UHGV virus genome: UHGV-1870764
Strand: one strand, 5' to 3'
Origin: a virus
DNA length: 51,499 nucleotides
Shown here: piece after piece, positions 1 through 9,296 of the stretch
Numbering within the stretch: position 1 is the stretch's first letter
Layout of the letters: the number at the start of each line of letters is the position of its first letter
Made by a program: the position numbers and the translations under genes
Notes under the pieces: generated by a model
Databases searched by the model: none
Told to the model about the DNA's origin: nothing
What the model saw: only the letters and a program-made list of their open reading frames with translations

Positions 1-2
1 AA

Positions 3-95
3 GAAGTGTATGGAGAATCTTATGAAGAACTGTTTAAAACAATGGATAAAGTAGTTAATAATCTTGGAGATATTTTAGATAAAATATTCAAGTAA
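3..95 (+). CDS. 3' end of upstream gene (partial, unknown; possibly terminase small subunit)
   Basis: An open frame runs in from the window edge to TAA at 93-95. The function is inferred only from its position immediately upstream of terL. Confidence 0.3.
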   Translation, partial: EVYGESYEELFKTMDKVVNNLGDILDKIFK

Positions 96-99
96 AGCA

Positions 100-128
100 T
101 TGACGTATAAAATATAATATGGTATAAT
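100..128 (+). promoter_or_regulatory. sigma-A type promoter (TTGACG-N17-TGnTATAAT) upstream of terminase
   Basis: TTGACG at 100-105, a 17-nt spacer, and an extended -10 TGgTATAAT at 120-128. Confidence 0.6.
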
Positions 129-215
129 TAATTCAAACAGAAAGGCAGATGCACAGTGATGTATCTGTCCTTTTCTGCTATTACAAACAAATTAAAACAA
201 AAGGAGAGAAGAAGC

Positions 216-1574
216 ATGGATGTTAATATTGATGTTTCGAAAAGGTTCTCCACTTTTTTAACAGATTGGAATTATGAACAATACCTTTTATTCGGTGGAT
301 ATGGTAGCGGTAAGAGTTACCATGTCGCACTTAAAATCATATTAAAACTATTAGAAGAAAGAAGAACGTGCCTTGTTGTAAGGCAAGTATATGGAACAAT
401 AAAAGAATCATGTTTTGCATTATTTAAAGAAATATTAGAAAAGATGAATATGCTAAGTGATGAATCGTTACCTAATCAACACTTGCCTAAGAATGGAAAG
501 GCTGTAGCGGTTATGTCACCAATGGAAGTGAGATTTTCAAATGGTAGCAGAATTATATTTAGAGGAATGGACAATGTAGAGAAGATAAAGTCCATACATG
601 GTGTTTCTATCGTTTGGATGGAAGAATGTAGTGAAATACGTTATGATGCTTATACAGAACTTTTAGGACGTATCAGAGAGCCTAAAATGTCACTACATTT
701 TATCATGACAACAAACCCAGTAGGGAAAGAGAATTGGGTATACAATACATTCTTTGTTCATACAGATGATAAAGGAAAAGAACACGTAATACAGGAAGAA
801 CAGGAGATATACAAAAGAAGAACACTAGTAAATAAAAAGAATGGAGTATATTATCATCATAGTATTGCAGATGATAACCCTTTCTTGCCAGCATCATATA
901 TAAAGCGTCTTGATGGATTAAAGATAAATGACCCGCATTTATGGGCGGTAGCAAGGTGGGGAAGATTCGGAGCAAGTGGAACAAGAGTGTTACCACAATT
1001 TACGATTGCAACAAACGCAAAACAGTTTACAAATACAATAACAAACATACCAAGTAAATATCATTTCTTTGGTTTGGACTTTGGTTTTGAAACAAGTTAT
1101 AATGCACTAATTAGCTGTGCAGTAGATGATAAAAACAAAATACTTTATATCTATGATGAAGTGTATAGAAACCATATGACGGACAATAAGTTTATTTTAT
1201 TAGATGGAGTGCAGAGAACAAAACAAAGAGCAGAGAATTGTAAGAAACCTATATTTGCAGATAGTGCATCACCAAAAGATATACAGTACTATAGGCAAGA
1301 GGGATTCAACATGTATGCATGTAGGAAATACCCGGGAAGTAGGTTACAGAACACAAAGAAGATAAAGAGGTTTAAGAAAATAGTATGCTCACCAAAATGT
1401 AGGAATGCAATAAGGGAACTAAAAGACTTAACGTATGCCAAGGATTCAAAGGGAAATGTAATATATGATGAGTTCAATATCGATTCACATTGCATGAGTG
1501 CTTTATGGTATGCGTTAGACCAGTATACAGTAGCTGATATTAAGCAAATAAAGACAAACAGTAAGAGTGGTTAG
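216..1574 (+). CDS. terL: terminase large subunit
   Basis: Walker A motif FGGYGSGKS near the N-terminus and a C-terminal nuclease-like region. The length is about 450 aa. An AAGGAG RBS precedes the ATG at 216; the longer ORF from 156 lacks an RBS. Confidence 0.85.
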   Translation: MDVNIDVSKRFSTFLTDWNYEQYLLFGGYGSGKSYHVALKIILKLLEERRTCLVVRQVYGTIKESCFALFKEILEKMNMLSDESLPNQHLPKNGKAVAVMSPMEVRFSNGSRIIFRGMDNVEKIKSIHGVSIVWMEECSEIRYDAYTELLGRIREPKMSLHFIMTTNPVGKENWVYNTFFVHTDDKGKEHVIQEEQEIYKRRTLVNKKNGVYYHHSIADDNPFLPASYIKRLDGLKINDPHLWAVARWGRFGASGTRVLPQFTIATNAKQFTNTITNIPSKYHFFGLDFGFETSYNALISCAVDDKNKILYIYDEVYRNHMTDNKFILLDGVQRTKQRAENCKKPIFADSASPKDIQYYRQEGFNMYACRKYPGSRLQNTKKIKRFKKIVCSPKCRNAIRELKDLTYAKDSKGNVIYDEFNIDSHCMSALWYALDQYTVADIKQIKTNSKSG

Positions 1575-1641
1575 TATTTATAGGCTAAGTAAATAAAATG
1601 GCATATAGGCGGTAAATAGAAGCTCACAGGAGGTGTTAAGA

Positions 1642-1893
1642 ATGTTGAGAAGTTGGAAGAAACTAAAAACAATTAAGAACAGTATAAAACAGTTAAAAGG
1701 AATGCAAGAGCAAAACATTGGTGATGATTATAGTTGTGGAATATATAATGGAATAGAGCTGTGCATGGCAATCATAGAAGAAAGAGAACCAGTATTTGCA
1801 ACGTATGATTCAGAACCATTGAACATAGAACATGATGAAACAGTAGAAAGAACAGTAGCAAGCGGAATAATTAGAAGAGGTGGAAAGCAATGA
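1642..1893 (+). CDS. hypothetical protein
   Basis: ORF with an AGGAGG RBS 9 nt upstream of the ATG at 1642. Confidence 0.4.
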   Translation: MLRSWKKLKTIKNSIKQLKGMQEQNIGDDYSCGIYNGIELCMAIIEEREPVFATYDSEPLNIEHDETVERTVASGIIRRGGKQ

Positions 1894-2198
1894 GAGAATT
1901 ACACTTTGATGTTACTGGTCAGTTATTAAGAAGAAACAAACAATGTGATTTTGAAAACATTGTAAGGGGTTCAGATAATTATTTGTGTTTGGTATTTCAT
2001 TTTAACCAAGAGTGGCAAGGAACAAAAAGGGTTATAAGCATGTATGATGTAGATGGAAAACAAACAAATGAAATCATACAAGATAGAGTTACAGTGCCAG
2101 TAAATGTAACACATGGAAGTATGTTTTATTTTGAACTAACAGGAAAGAGCAACAAAACAAGAATAACAACAAATAGAGCATATATAGAACAAACATAA
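1890..2198 (+). CDS. hypothetical protein
   Basis: ORF whose start overlaps the preceding stop (ATGA), with a GGTGGAAAG RBS. Confidence 0.4.
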   Translation: MRELHFDVTGQLLRRNKQCDFENIVRGSDNYLCLVFHFNQEWQGTKRVISMYDVDGKQTNEIIQDRVTVPVNVTHGSMFYFELTGKSNKTRITTNRAYIEQT

Positions 2199-2212
2199 AG
2201 GAGGTGTTTGAA

Positions 2213-4132
2213 GTGCCTAGTGTAGATGAATTATTAAATATGGCAGAAGTAGCAGAGGTAACATTGACAGAAACAAATGATAAAATAGAAATAGATGCAG
2301 ATACAAGAACAATGATTATTCCAGACACAGAAAGAATATTCGGTGTTATGAGTGATGAAAAAGGTGAAAGAAAATATTTCAGATGTAAAAGGTTTGTTGG
2401 AAATGGAATAGATTTAAGTAAACTAGATTTAAGAGTTATTTATCAAAATGCAAGTGGTTTTGAAACAGGAAGAGATAAATATATTGTAACAGACCTAGCA
2501 ACAGATGGAGAAGATTATGTAACATTCAGTTGGGAACTAAGTAGAAAAGTAACAGCATATAAAGGTATTATATCTTTTATTGTTTGTGCGGTTAAAACCG
2601 GAACGGATGGCATTATAACAAATGAATGGAATACTACACTTGCAAATGGTGTAGTATTAGATGGTTTAGAAGTAAGCGGAACACAGGAGCAAGAAAAAGA
2701 AGCGTATGACTATTATAAACAACTTGAAGCAGAATTAGAAAAGAAAGCACAAGAGGTAATAGGAACAATTCCAAGTGACTATACGCAAACATTAAAAGAT
2801 GTTAATAATTTAAAGGGAGAAGTTGCAGATGGAAGAACGGATGTAGATGGGAACGTCCATAAAAACATCGGAGATGCCATGAGAGGACAGGCAAGAAAAC
2901 TAAGGGAGAATCTTGTTGTCCGTCAGAAAGAACAGCCAACAGACCCGAACAATAATGTATGGATTTCAGATGAAGATGATGAAGTGGAAGTGCCGGATAT
3001 GGTGGAATTTAATTCTCTCAAGGAAGGTTTGGGTAATAAAACCAAAAACTTAAAACAGTGGAATTTAATTGATATATCAAAAGTAAAAGAGGGATATGGT
3101 TATACGAATTCCATTGGATATCCGCCAACGCTGGTCGCACAAACGGGATATAATGCTATAGATGATATTATTCCGTGTGAGGCAGGAGAAACTTATACAG
3201 TTAATTGGTTGTATGGTGCTATTGGTATATATGATTCTAGTATAAAAAGAATACAACATATATATATAGATAGTATACCGAAAACATTCGTTGTGCCTGA
3301 TGGTGGATGCTATATGACCTTGTTTGGTGGTACTAAAAGAATGGTTGATATTATGCTCGTTGAAGGAAACGAGATTCCAGATGAATATATACCACATAGC
3401 ATTTTTGATATAGAAAGCAAAAAAGACTATGAGCAAGATAAAATATTAGAAAGTATTTTACATCCATTAAAAGGGGTGAAATGGTGTGCTTATGGAAATA
3501 GTTTGACAGATAGTGCAACACTCGCTGGTCAAACAACTGGTACTAAAAATTATGTTGATTACGTTTCGGAATCATTAGGACTAAATGTTGTTAACTGTGG
3601 TTCTGGTGGGACAGGATTTCTCAAAAACAATAATAAGGGAACTTTTGTAGATAGAGTATCAAGTATTCCTTTGGACACAGAAATTCTAACTGTATTCGGG
3701 TCTTTTAATGATTATGAGTATATATCTGAACACTTAGGGACTATTGGAGATACCGGAACCGACACTATTTACGGGGCAATATATAATTTTATACATGATG
3801 TGTATACAAGATGCCCTAATGCAATAATTGGTATTATTACACCTACGAAATGGGGGTATTTGTCTGATTGGAAAGATGTGTCTGCGGGAGGTTTATGTGA
3901 TTCGTATGTTGAAGCACTGTTGAAAACAGCAGACAAATGGTCAATTCCGGTATTAGACTTATATCATGATAGCGGGTTAAGACCTTGGGATTCAAATTTT
4001 GCACAGTTATATTATAAAGATGATGATGGAAACGGCACTGCAAATACAGTCCATCCTTTAGATGCGGCGCACAAGCGTTTTATAGCACCTAAGGTAGAAG
4101 CGTTTATAAAACAGATTTACCATGTTTACTAA
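2213..4132 (+). CDS. tail fibre-like structural protein with C-terminal SGNH/GDSL hydrolase (esterase/deacetylase) domain
   Basis: GTG start 8 nt after AGGAGG. The motif IPSDYTQTLKDVNNLKGEV is typical of phage fibre N-regions. The SGNH blocks are YGNSLTDS (Ser block), GSFNDY (GxND) and HPLDAAH (DxxH). Confidence 0.65.
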   Translation: MPSVDELLNMAEVAEVTLTETNDKIEIDADTRTMIIPDTERIFGVMSDEKGERKYFRCKRFVGNGIDLSKLDLRVIYQNASGFETGRDKYIVTDLATDGEDYVTFSWELSRKVTAYKGIISFIVCAVKTGTDGIITNEWNTTLANGVVLDGLEVSGTQEQEKEAYDYYKQLEAELEKKAQEVIGTIPSDYTQTLKDVNNLKGEVADGRTDVDGNVHKNIGDAMRGQARKLRENLVVRQKEQPTDPNNNVWISDEDDEVEVPDMVEFNSLKEGLGNKTKNLKQWNLIDISKVKEGYGYTNSIGYPPTLVAQTGYNAIDDIIPCEAGETYTVNWLYGAIGIYDSSIKRIQHIYIDSIPKTFVVPDGGCYMTLFGGTKRMVDIMLVEGNEIPDEYIPHSIFDIESKKDYEQDKILESILHPLKGVKWCAYGNSLTDSATLAGQTTGTKNYVDYVSESLGLNVVNCGSGGTGFLKNNNKGTFVDRVSSIPLDTEILTVFGSFNDYEYISEHLGTIGDTGTDTIYGAIYNFIHDVYTRCPNAIIGIITPTKWGYLSDWKDVSAGGLCDSYVEALLKTADKWSIPVLDLYHDSGLRPWDSNFAQLYYKDDDGNGTANTVHPLDAAHKRFIAPKVEAFIKQIYHVY

Positions 4133-4224
4133 AGAGGGCATAAAGCAAAAATTAGGAGAGGTTAATGTCTTTCTTTTTCTATGCAAAAATTTAGTAAACC
4201 AACCGCAGAAAGGAGAAGTAAAAC

Positions 4225-4509
4225 ATGAGTATATTCATAAAGAAATCCAAACTAAGAGTAAAAAATGAAGATGGAACAAGTTATACCGGAGTAATGAATG
4301 CCATAGCAGAAGAGAGTACAGAAGAATTAATCAAACAGATTGAAGCCAAGGGAAAGAAGACACTGGAGAGCATCCCAAAGGATTATACAGTACTGGAAGG
4401 GAATGTGGATAAACTTAAGGAAGATAAAGTTGATAAACCGTCAGTCAATGATAACAATAAAATACCAAGAGCAAAAGATGGAGAAGTTGAGTGGGTAGAA
4501 GTAGGGTAA
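4225..4509 (+). CDS. tail fibre N-terminal segment, in frame with 4510-5934 across a single TAA
   Basis: A strong RBS GAAAGGAGAAG precedes the ATG. It contains the fibre-like motif IPKDYTVLEGNVDKLKEDK. The frame is the same as the downstream pectate-lyase ORF, and the TAA at 4507-4509 is the only interruption. Confidence 0.55.
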   Translation: MSIFIKKSKLRVKNEDGTSYTGVMNAIAEESTEELIKQIEAKGKKTLESIPKDYTVLEGNVDKLKEDKVDKPSVNDNNKIPRAKDGEVEWVEVG

Positions 4510-5934
4510 CCAACAGATGAACAAACAAACAATGCAGTAAAAAGTTGGCTAAATGAGCATCCAGAAGCAACTACAACCGTACAAGATGGAAGTATTGAGG
4601 AAATAAAAATAAATAAAAAATTCTTACCGTATATTAAAAATAACTATGCTACACCTGAAATGTTCGGTGCGATTGGTGATGGCAAAACAGATGATACGCA
4701 GTCTTTTTTAAAGGCTATTGCAACAGGATATCCAATAGTAGGTTTTAAAGATTCAAAATATGTTGTAAAAGAACAGCTAGAATTTAAAAATTATTGCAAT
4801 ATCAGAAATGTATATTTAATTGCCGAAGAATCAATGAATAGTGTTATAAAATATAACAAACGTCATACAATTATTGATAATGTTAGTATAGATTGTAATA
4901 ATTTAGCGAGTTATGGAATATTAGGGTCTGATTCTGTCCCAATAGATACACTATATGTTTCAAATATAAGTAATTCGTCTGTGACAAATGCTCTAATAGA
5001 TGGATTTAACACAGGAAAAGTACGCACATATTATAATAATTGTTTTGCAAAATTATGTAAAAATGCAGGATTTTATATAGCAACAAGTGATACAAAACAT
5101 GATTGCTTAGTTCCGATTGATTGTAAGTATGGCGTATATGTTGAAAGCGGAAATACAAATATTGATAGATTTCATCCTTGGAGTTGGGAAACAAAGCAGA
5201 CCGGATTATACATAAAAAGTGGAAAATTAGTAAACATACAATATTATTATAATGATACCAATAACATTGGTATTGGTTATGATGGCGGTGTTAAGCTTGC
5301 CATTCACACACTTGCAAATTATAACAATCAAAATGCTCCTAGTGCTGTTGACGAAAAAAGTAGAATGATGGTTAAAGTTGGCGAAGATGGTGGTTCGCCA
5401 TTAATAGTTATAAATAATATTATAGGCTCTTTTAGAGGGTGTGATGATTATTTTGATTATCCTACTACAAGTATAAGATATATAAGGGTAGACAATATAT
5501 CATTCGAAAGAAATGATGTAAAGTTTGGCAGAAAATTTCGTTCGTCATATATAGACCCATATTTATATGAGATTTTTTTGAATAATTTTAGCATAATTAG
5601 TTCTGTATTAGATGTTAAGAAAGTAAGTATTAGAAGTTTAATGTCTAGTTTAGATGGTTATAGGGTAGATTTTGATATTAAGTTTGAACAAGCTAAATTA
5701 ACTGTAAATAATATGACAGATATTCTACAAATATATTATTTAGGTGAAGAAACGAATTCAGTTAGGTATAAGTTGTGTAGTAGTTCGGGTTCATTTTCTG
5801 GTATGTCATTTCATGTAGCGGTAAAAAAAGACGATAGTAATAATGAAAAAGGTTGTTCTGTTCGTTCAAATACTGATTTCACGTTTGATGGAATTCTACT
5901 GTTAAGATTAGATATTAAAATGGAATTGTACTAA
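4510..5934 (+). CDS. pectate-lyase-fold (right-handed beta-helix) tailspike/depolymerase domain protein; annotated ATG at 4660 but coding-like sequence extends in frame to 4510
   Basis: FGAIGDGKTDDTQSFLKAI is the pectate-lyase-superfamily N-terminal signature. The in-frame upstream stretch KSWLNEHPEATTTVQDGS is a conserved fibre motif, and no start codon lies between 4510 and the ATG at 4660. Confidence 0.6.
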   Translation, partial: PTDEQTNNAVKSWLNEHPEATTTVQDGSIEEIKINKKFLPYIKNNYATPEMFGAIGDGKTDDTQSFLKAIATGYPIVGFKDSKYVVKEQLEFKNYCNIRNVYLIAEESMNSVIKYNKRHTIIDNVSIDCNNLASYGILGSDSVPIDTLYVSNISNSSVTNALIDGFNTGKVRTYYNNCFAKLCKNAGFYIATSDTKHDCLVPIDCKYGVYVESGNTNIDRFHPWSWETKQTGLYIKSGKLVNIQYYYNDTNNIGIGYDGGVKLAIHTLANYNNQNAPSAVDEKSRMMVKVGEDGGSPLIVINNIIGSFRGCDDYFDYPTTSIRYIRVDNISFERNDVKFGRKFRSSYIDPYLYEIFLNNFSIISSVLDVKKVSIRSLMSSLDGYRVDFDIKFEQAKLTVNNMTDILQIYYLGEETNSVRYKLCSSSGSFSGMSFHVAVKKDDSNNEKGCSVRSNTDFTFDGILLLRLDIKMELY

Positions 5935-6017
5935 ACCAATTAAATGACACTTTAATTATCTAAAAAAAGTTGGTGTGATATTCTGTATAACTAAAAAATA
6001 ACAGGAGGTATAACAAT

Positions 6018-6344
6018 GTGACAACTGCGGAAATGATTGGTATTGTGGTAATAGGGTTAAGTTCTTTAATCGGAGTATTCACAGCAATATACAGACCATT
6101 AAGCGAAAACACAAAAGCAATGACAAAATTAACACTAAGGGTTGAACAGTTGGCAAAAGAAATAAGAGAACAAAATGAGAAACTAGAGAAACAGAACAAA
6201 GAAATAGAAGAATACAAAGAACATGTGAGAAAAGGACAGAAACAACAGTGGGATGCAATAGAGAGAAATGAAAAAGAAATAGATGAAACAAAACATGCAT
6301 TAGAATTATGTAAATTAGAAAATGGAGGTAAAAAACATGTTTAA
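6018..6344 (+). CDS. lysis-associated membrane protein (N-terminal TM helix plus coiled coil; holin-like/XhlA-like)
   Basis: GTG start 10 nt after AGGAGG. The hydrophobic segment IGIVVIGLSSLIGVFTAIY is followed by a long charged coiled coil. It sits directly upstream of the holin and endolysin. Confidence 0.45.
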   Translation: MTTAEMIGIVVIGLSSLIGVFTAIYRPLSENTKAMTKLTLRVEQLAKEIREQNEKLEKQNKEIEEYKEHVRKGQKQQWDAIERNEKEIDETKHALELCKLENGGKKHV

Positions 6345-6570
6345 GAATTGTGTATTTAAGATTTCGGTAAACACACAGCAATGGATTAAAGCGGCTAGTG
6401 TAAGAGCTGTTAAAACAATGGCACAGGCGGCTATTGGTGCAATCGGAGCGGGAACACTAATCAGTTCTGTAGATTGGAAGATGGTGGTAAGTACTGCGAT
6501 TGTTGCGGGAGTTGTGAGCGTTCTAACGAGCGTTGCGGGTATTCCAGAGGTTGAGTCTAAGGAAGTCTAA
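6337..6570 (+). CDS. holin (two predicted TM segments)
   Basis: A 77-aa protein with two hydrophobic stretches (AAIGAIGAGTLISSV and VSTAIVAGVVSVLTSVAGI). A GGAGGT RBS precedes the ATG at 6337, and the gene is adjacent to the endolysin. Confidence 0.55.
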   Translation: MFKNCVFKISVNTQQWIKAASVRAVKTMAQAAIGAIGAGTLISSVDWKMVVSTAIVAGVVSVLTSVAGIPEVESKEV

Positions 6571-6628
6571 GGGTAGCATATTAAAATTGATTCTAGGGCA
6601 TAAATAGAAGCCCACAGAGGTATATATA

Positions 6629-7543
6629 ATGAGTAAAACAGCACAAGGATTAATTGAGTTTGCAAAAAGTAAAATTGGAACAGCTTATGTATATGGAGCA
6701 AAAGGAACTGTACTAAGTTTGGAACAGATACGGCAACTAAGAAGAACGTATGGTTCTAACTGTGTTTGGTACAGTGACGACAACAAGGCGGGCAAAGTCT
6801 GTGTAGATTGTAGTGGACTTATTAGTTGGTACACTGGTATTGTAAGAGGTAGTGGACAATATAGGAGTACAGCGGTAGAAGTTATTCCAATCTCACAGAG
6901 AACAAATAACCATATTGGTTGGGCGGTATGGATGAAAGGACATATTGGAATTTATCTTGGTAATGATATATACATTGCCGCAGATGGTTCAGCACATGGA
7001 GTAAGAATCGCAAACCTCTCACAAAACAATTTTACACACTTGTTAAAGCTCTGTGATATTGATTATGGTGAGGGAACAAAACAACCAGTAACAGAAAAAC
7101 CACAGCCAAGTGGAGGACATTACAATGTTCCAGTTAATTTTACATATGCAGTAAGAGTTGAGGGTGGAACAATTTATCCATTTGTTAGAAATTTACAGGA
7201 CTTTGCGGGAGTACAAGGTAGGAAGATAACAGACATTGCAATTAAGTGTGATGTTGGCTCTGTTAGTTACCGAGTTCATGTTCTTGGAAAAGGATGGTTG
7301 CCTTTTGTTTCAGGATGTAATTGGAGTGATGGAAACAATGGATATGCGGGCAATGGAAGAGTGATTGACGCAGTACAAGTTATTTATCATCCGCCAGTAG
7401 GAAGTTGGCAGAAAGCACAGTATAGAATCTCACCAGTAAAACGGGGATACTATTCATGGCAATATAATGACGAAACAACAGGTGGACAGGATGGTTATGC
7501 GGGTGCTTTTGGAGTTCCAATGGACAGATTCCAGTTATTCTAA
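6629..7543 (+). CDS. endolysin: N-terminal NlpC/P60 cysteine peptidase plus C-terminal ChW-type cell-wall-binding repeats
   Basis: Catalytic Cys context VDCSGLISW and His context GHIGIYLG. Two ~40-aa repeats (YRVHVLGKGWLPFVSGCNWSDGNNGYAGNGRVIDAVQVIY and YRISPVKRGYYSWQYNDETTGGQDGYAGAFGVPMDRFQLF) resemble ChW repeats. Confidence 0.7.
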   Translation: MSKTAQGLIEFAKSKIGTAYVYGAKGTVLSLEQIRQLRRTYGSNCVWYSDDNKAGKVCVDCSGLISWYTGIVRGSGQYRSTAVEVIPISQRTNNHIGWAVWMKGHIGIYLGNDIYIAADGSAHGVRIANLSQNNFTHLLKLCDIDYGEGTKQPVTEKPQPSGGHYNVPVNFTYAVRVEGGTIYPFVRNLQDFAGVQGRKITDIAIKCDVGSVSYRVHVLGKGWLPFVSGCNWSDGNNGYAGNGRVIDAVQVIYHPPVGSWQKAQYRISPVKRGYYSWQYNDETTGGQDGYAGAFGVPMDRFQLF

Positions 7544-7568
7544 AACAAACTAAAACAAACATTTAGGG

Positions 7569-7593
7569 TGGAGAAATCCACCCTTTTGTTATA
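7569..7593 (+). terminator. rho-independent terminator after endolysin
   Basis: Stem GGGTGG/CCACCC with a 6-nt loop, followed by TTTTGTT. Confidence 0.7.
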
Positions 7594-7636
7594 TATAAAA
7601 ACATAAAATATTTATTGCTTATTTTAATAATAAATA

Positions 7637-7665
7637 TTGACATATATATATTTATATATTATAAT
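7637..7665 (+). promoter_or_regulatory. consensus sigma-A promoter (TTGACA-N17-TATAAT) driving the portal/morphogenesis operon
   Basis: Perfect TTGACA at 7637-7642, exactly 17 nt of AT-rich spacer, and TATAAT at 7660-7665. Confidence 0.7.
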
Positions 7666-7697
7666 ATATTATATAATAGAAAGGAGTATAATATTAA

Positions 7698-9296
7698 ATG
7701 GCTAGTAAACAACATAGTGTTGAAGTAATACAAGCATTAAGAAACTTTCCTTATTTTGTTTTAAAGAATGAAATAGAAGAGGGATACAATTTATATACAC
7801 AGGAACTTTTACAAATACAACAAAATTATATGGACTATAAAAAAGGTGCTGAATTTGTAACAGAGGGAACAGCAGGAGATTATGTAGCATCAGATGTTAG
7901 GTTTAAGATTGCTAAAACATTAATTGATAAAGAAGCAAGATTCATGTTCAGCCAAACACCAGATTTTTTAATTCAGCAGAATTATGTTGATGAAGAAAAT
8001 GAAGAACAGGTACAGCAATACCAAACATTAGTAAACAAAGTTTTGAAAAAAAGTAGTTTTTCAAGAACACTGTTACAAAGCGCAAAAGATTGTTTTATCG
8101 GAAAGCGTGTAGCGTGTTTAGTTGACTTTTCAGAACAAGATGGAATACAAACACATTTTTATAATAGTTTACAGTTCTATTATGAGACAGATTATGGTTC
8201 AGACAGATTAACAAAGTTTATAAGTTTTGAAAGTGTGAACAGAACAAAACAAACAAGTCAAAAGAAATACTTAGTAAACAGATATGAAGAGATAAATGGA
8301 CAAATACATTTTAGTTCAACATTGTATAATGGAATCGGTAATGTAGAACAGGAAGTTGTAAAAGAACAGATAATCGAACTTGATTATATTCCAGCAGTTG
8401 TTATTTTAAATGATGGAACATTGATTGACAAACAAGGAGTATCAGAGATTGAAGATTTAGCATTGTATGAATCTGCATACAGTAGACTTGGAAATGCAGA
8501 TGTAGACACCGAGAGAAAAGGAATGAATCCTATACGTTTTACAGTTGATATGAATGCAGAGACAACAGCTAATCTAAGCAGTGGAGCCGGTGCATACTGG
8601 GATTTACGCTCAGAACAAAATCAAAATGAAGTTCATCCATCTGTCGGAACACTAGCACCACCAATGAACCATACAGAGAGTGTTAAGACAACATTGGAAA
8701 GAATTAAAACAACAATGTATGGAGAACTTGATATACCAAACATTTCAGAAGAAACAATGGTTGGAACAATAACAAGTGGGAAAGCATTGAAAGCATTATA
8801 TTATCCATTGCAAGTAAGATGTGATGAAAAGATGAAAGCATGGATACAAGCATTAGAGTTTATTGTTGAGTGTATTTTAGATATTGCAATGTTAAACAAA
8901 GATGAAGTTGTTTCAAAATATGTTTTAACAGGATTGGACGAAATACAGTATAACATTAATATTTTAGAACACTATGCATTAATGGAAGATGAAGATGACG
9001 AAAAAGCGTCTGACCTTTCAGAGATTGCGGCAAATGCAAGAAGTAGAAAGTCATACATTAAGAAGTGGAGAAGAAACGAATTTAAAACAGATGCACAGAT
9101 TGATGATGAACTTATGCAGATTGCAATAGAAAACAATATGTTTGATAGTATGAGCATGAATGCACAAGTACAGGGAGAACTTGGAAACCTTGAAACAAAA
9201 CAGCAAGTGGAAAAGAATGTACAACAAATTGAAACACAAACAAAACTTGGGGAGCAGAATGGACAGGGTGATGTAAATAATGGCGCAGAAGTTTAG
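7698..9296 (+). CDS. portal protein
   Basis: A 532-aa protein in the position immediately before the MuF-like gene. An acidic C-terminus is typical of SPP1-type portals. An AAAGGAG RBS precedes it. Confidence 0.65.
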   Translation: MASKQHSVEVIQALRNFPYFVLKNEIEEGYNLYTQELLQIQQNYMDYKKGAEFVTEGTAGDYVASDVRFKIAKTLIDKEARFMFSQTPDFLIQQNYVDEENEEQVQQYQTLVNKVLKKSSFSRTLLQSAKDCFIGKRVACLVDFSEQDGIQTHFYNSLQFYYETDYGSDRLTKFISFESVNRTKQTSQKKYLVNRYEEINGQIHFSSTLYNGIGNVEQEVVKEQIIELDYIPAVVILNDGTLIDKQGVSEIEDLALYESAYSRLGNADVDTERKGMNPIRFTVDMNAETTANLSSGAGAYWDLRSEQNQNEVHPSVGTLAPPMNHTESVKTTLERIKTTMYGELDIPNISEETMVGTITSGKALKALYYPLQVRCDEKMKAWIQALEFIVECILDIAMLNKDEVVSKYVLTGLDEIQYNINILEHYALMEDEDDEKASDLSEIAANARSRKSYIKKWRRNEFKTDAQIDDELMQIAIENNMFDSMSMNAQVQGELGNLETKQQVEKNVQQIETQTKLGEQNGQGDVNNGAEV

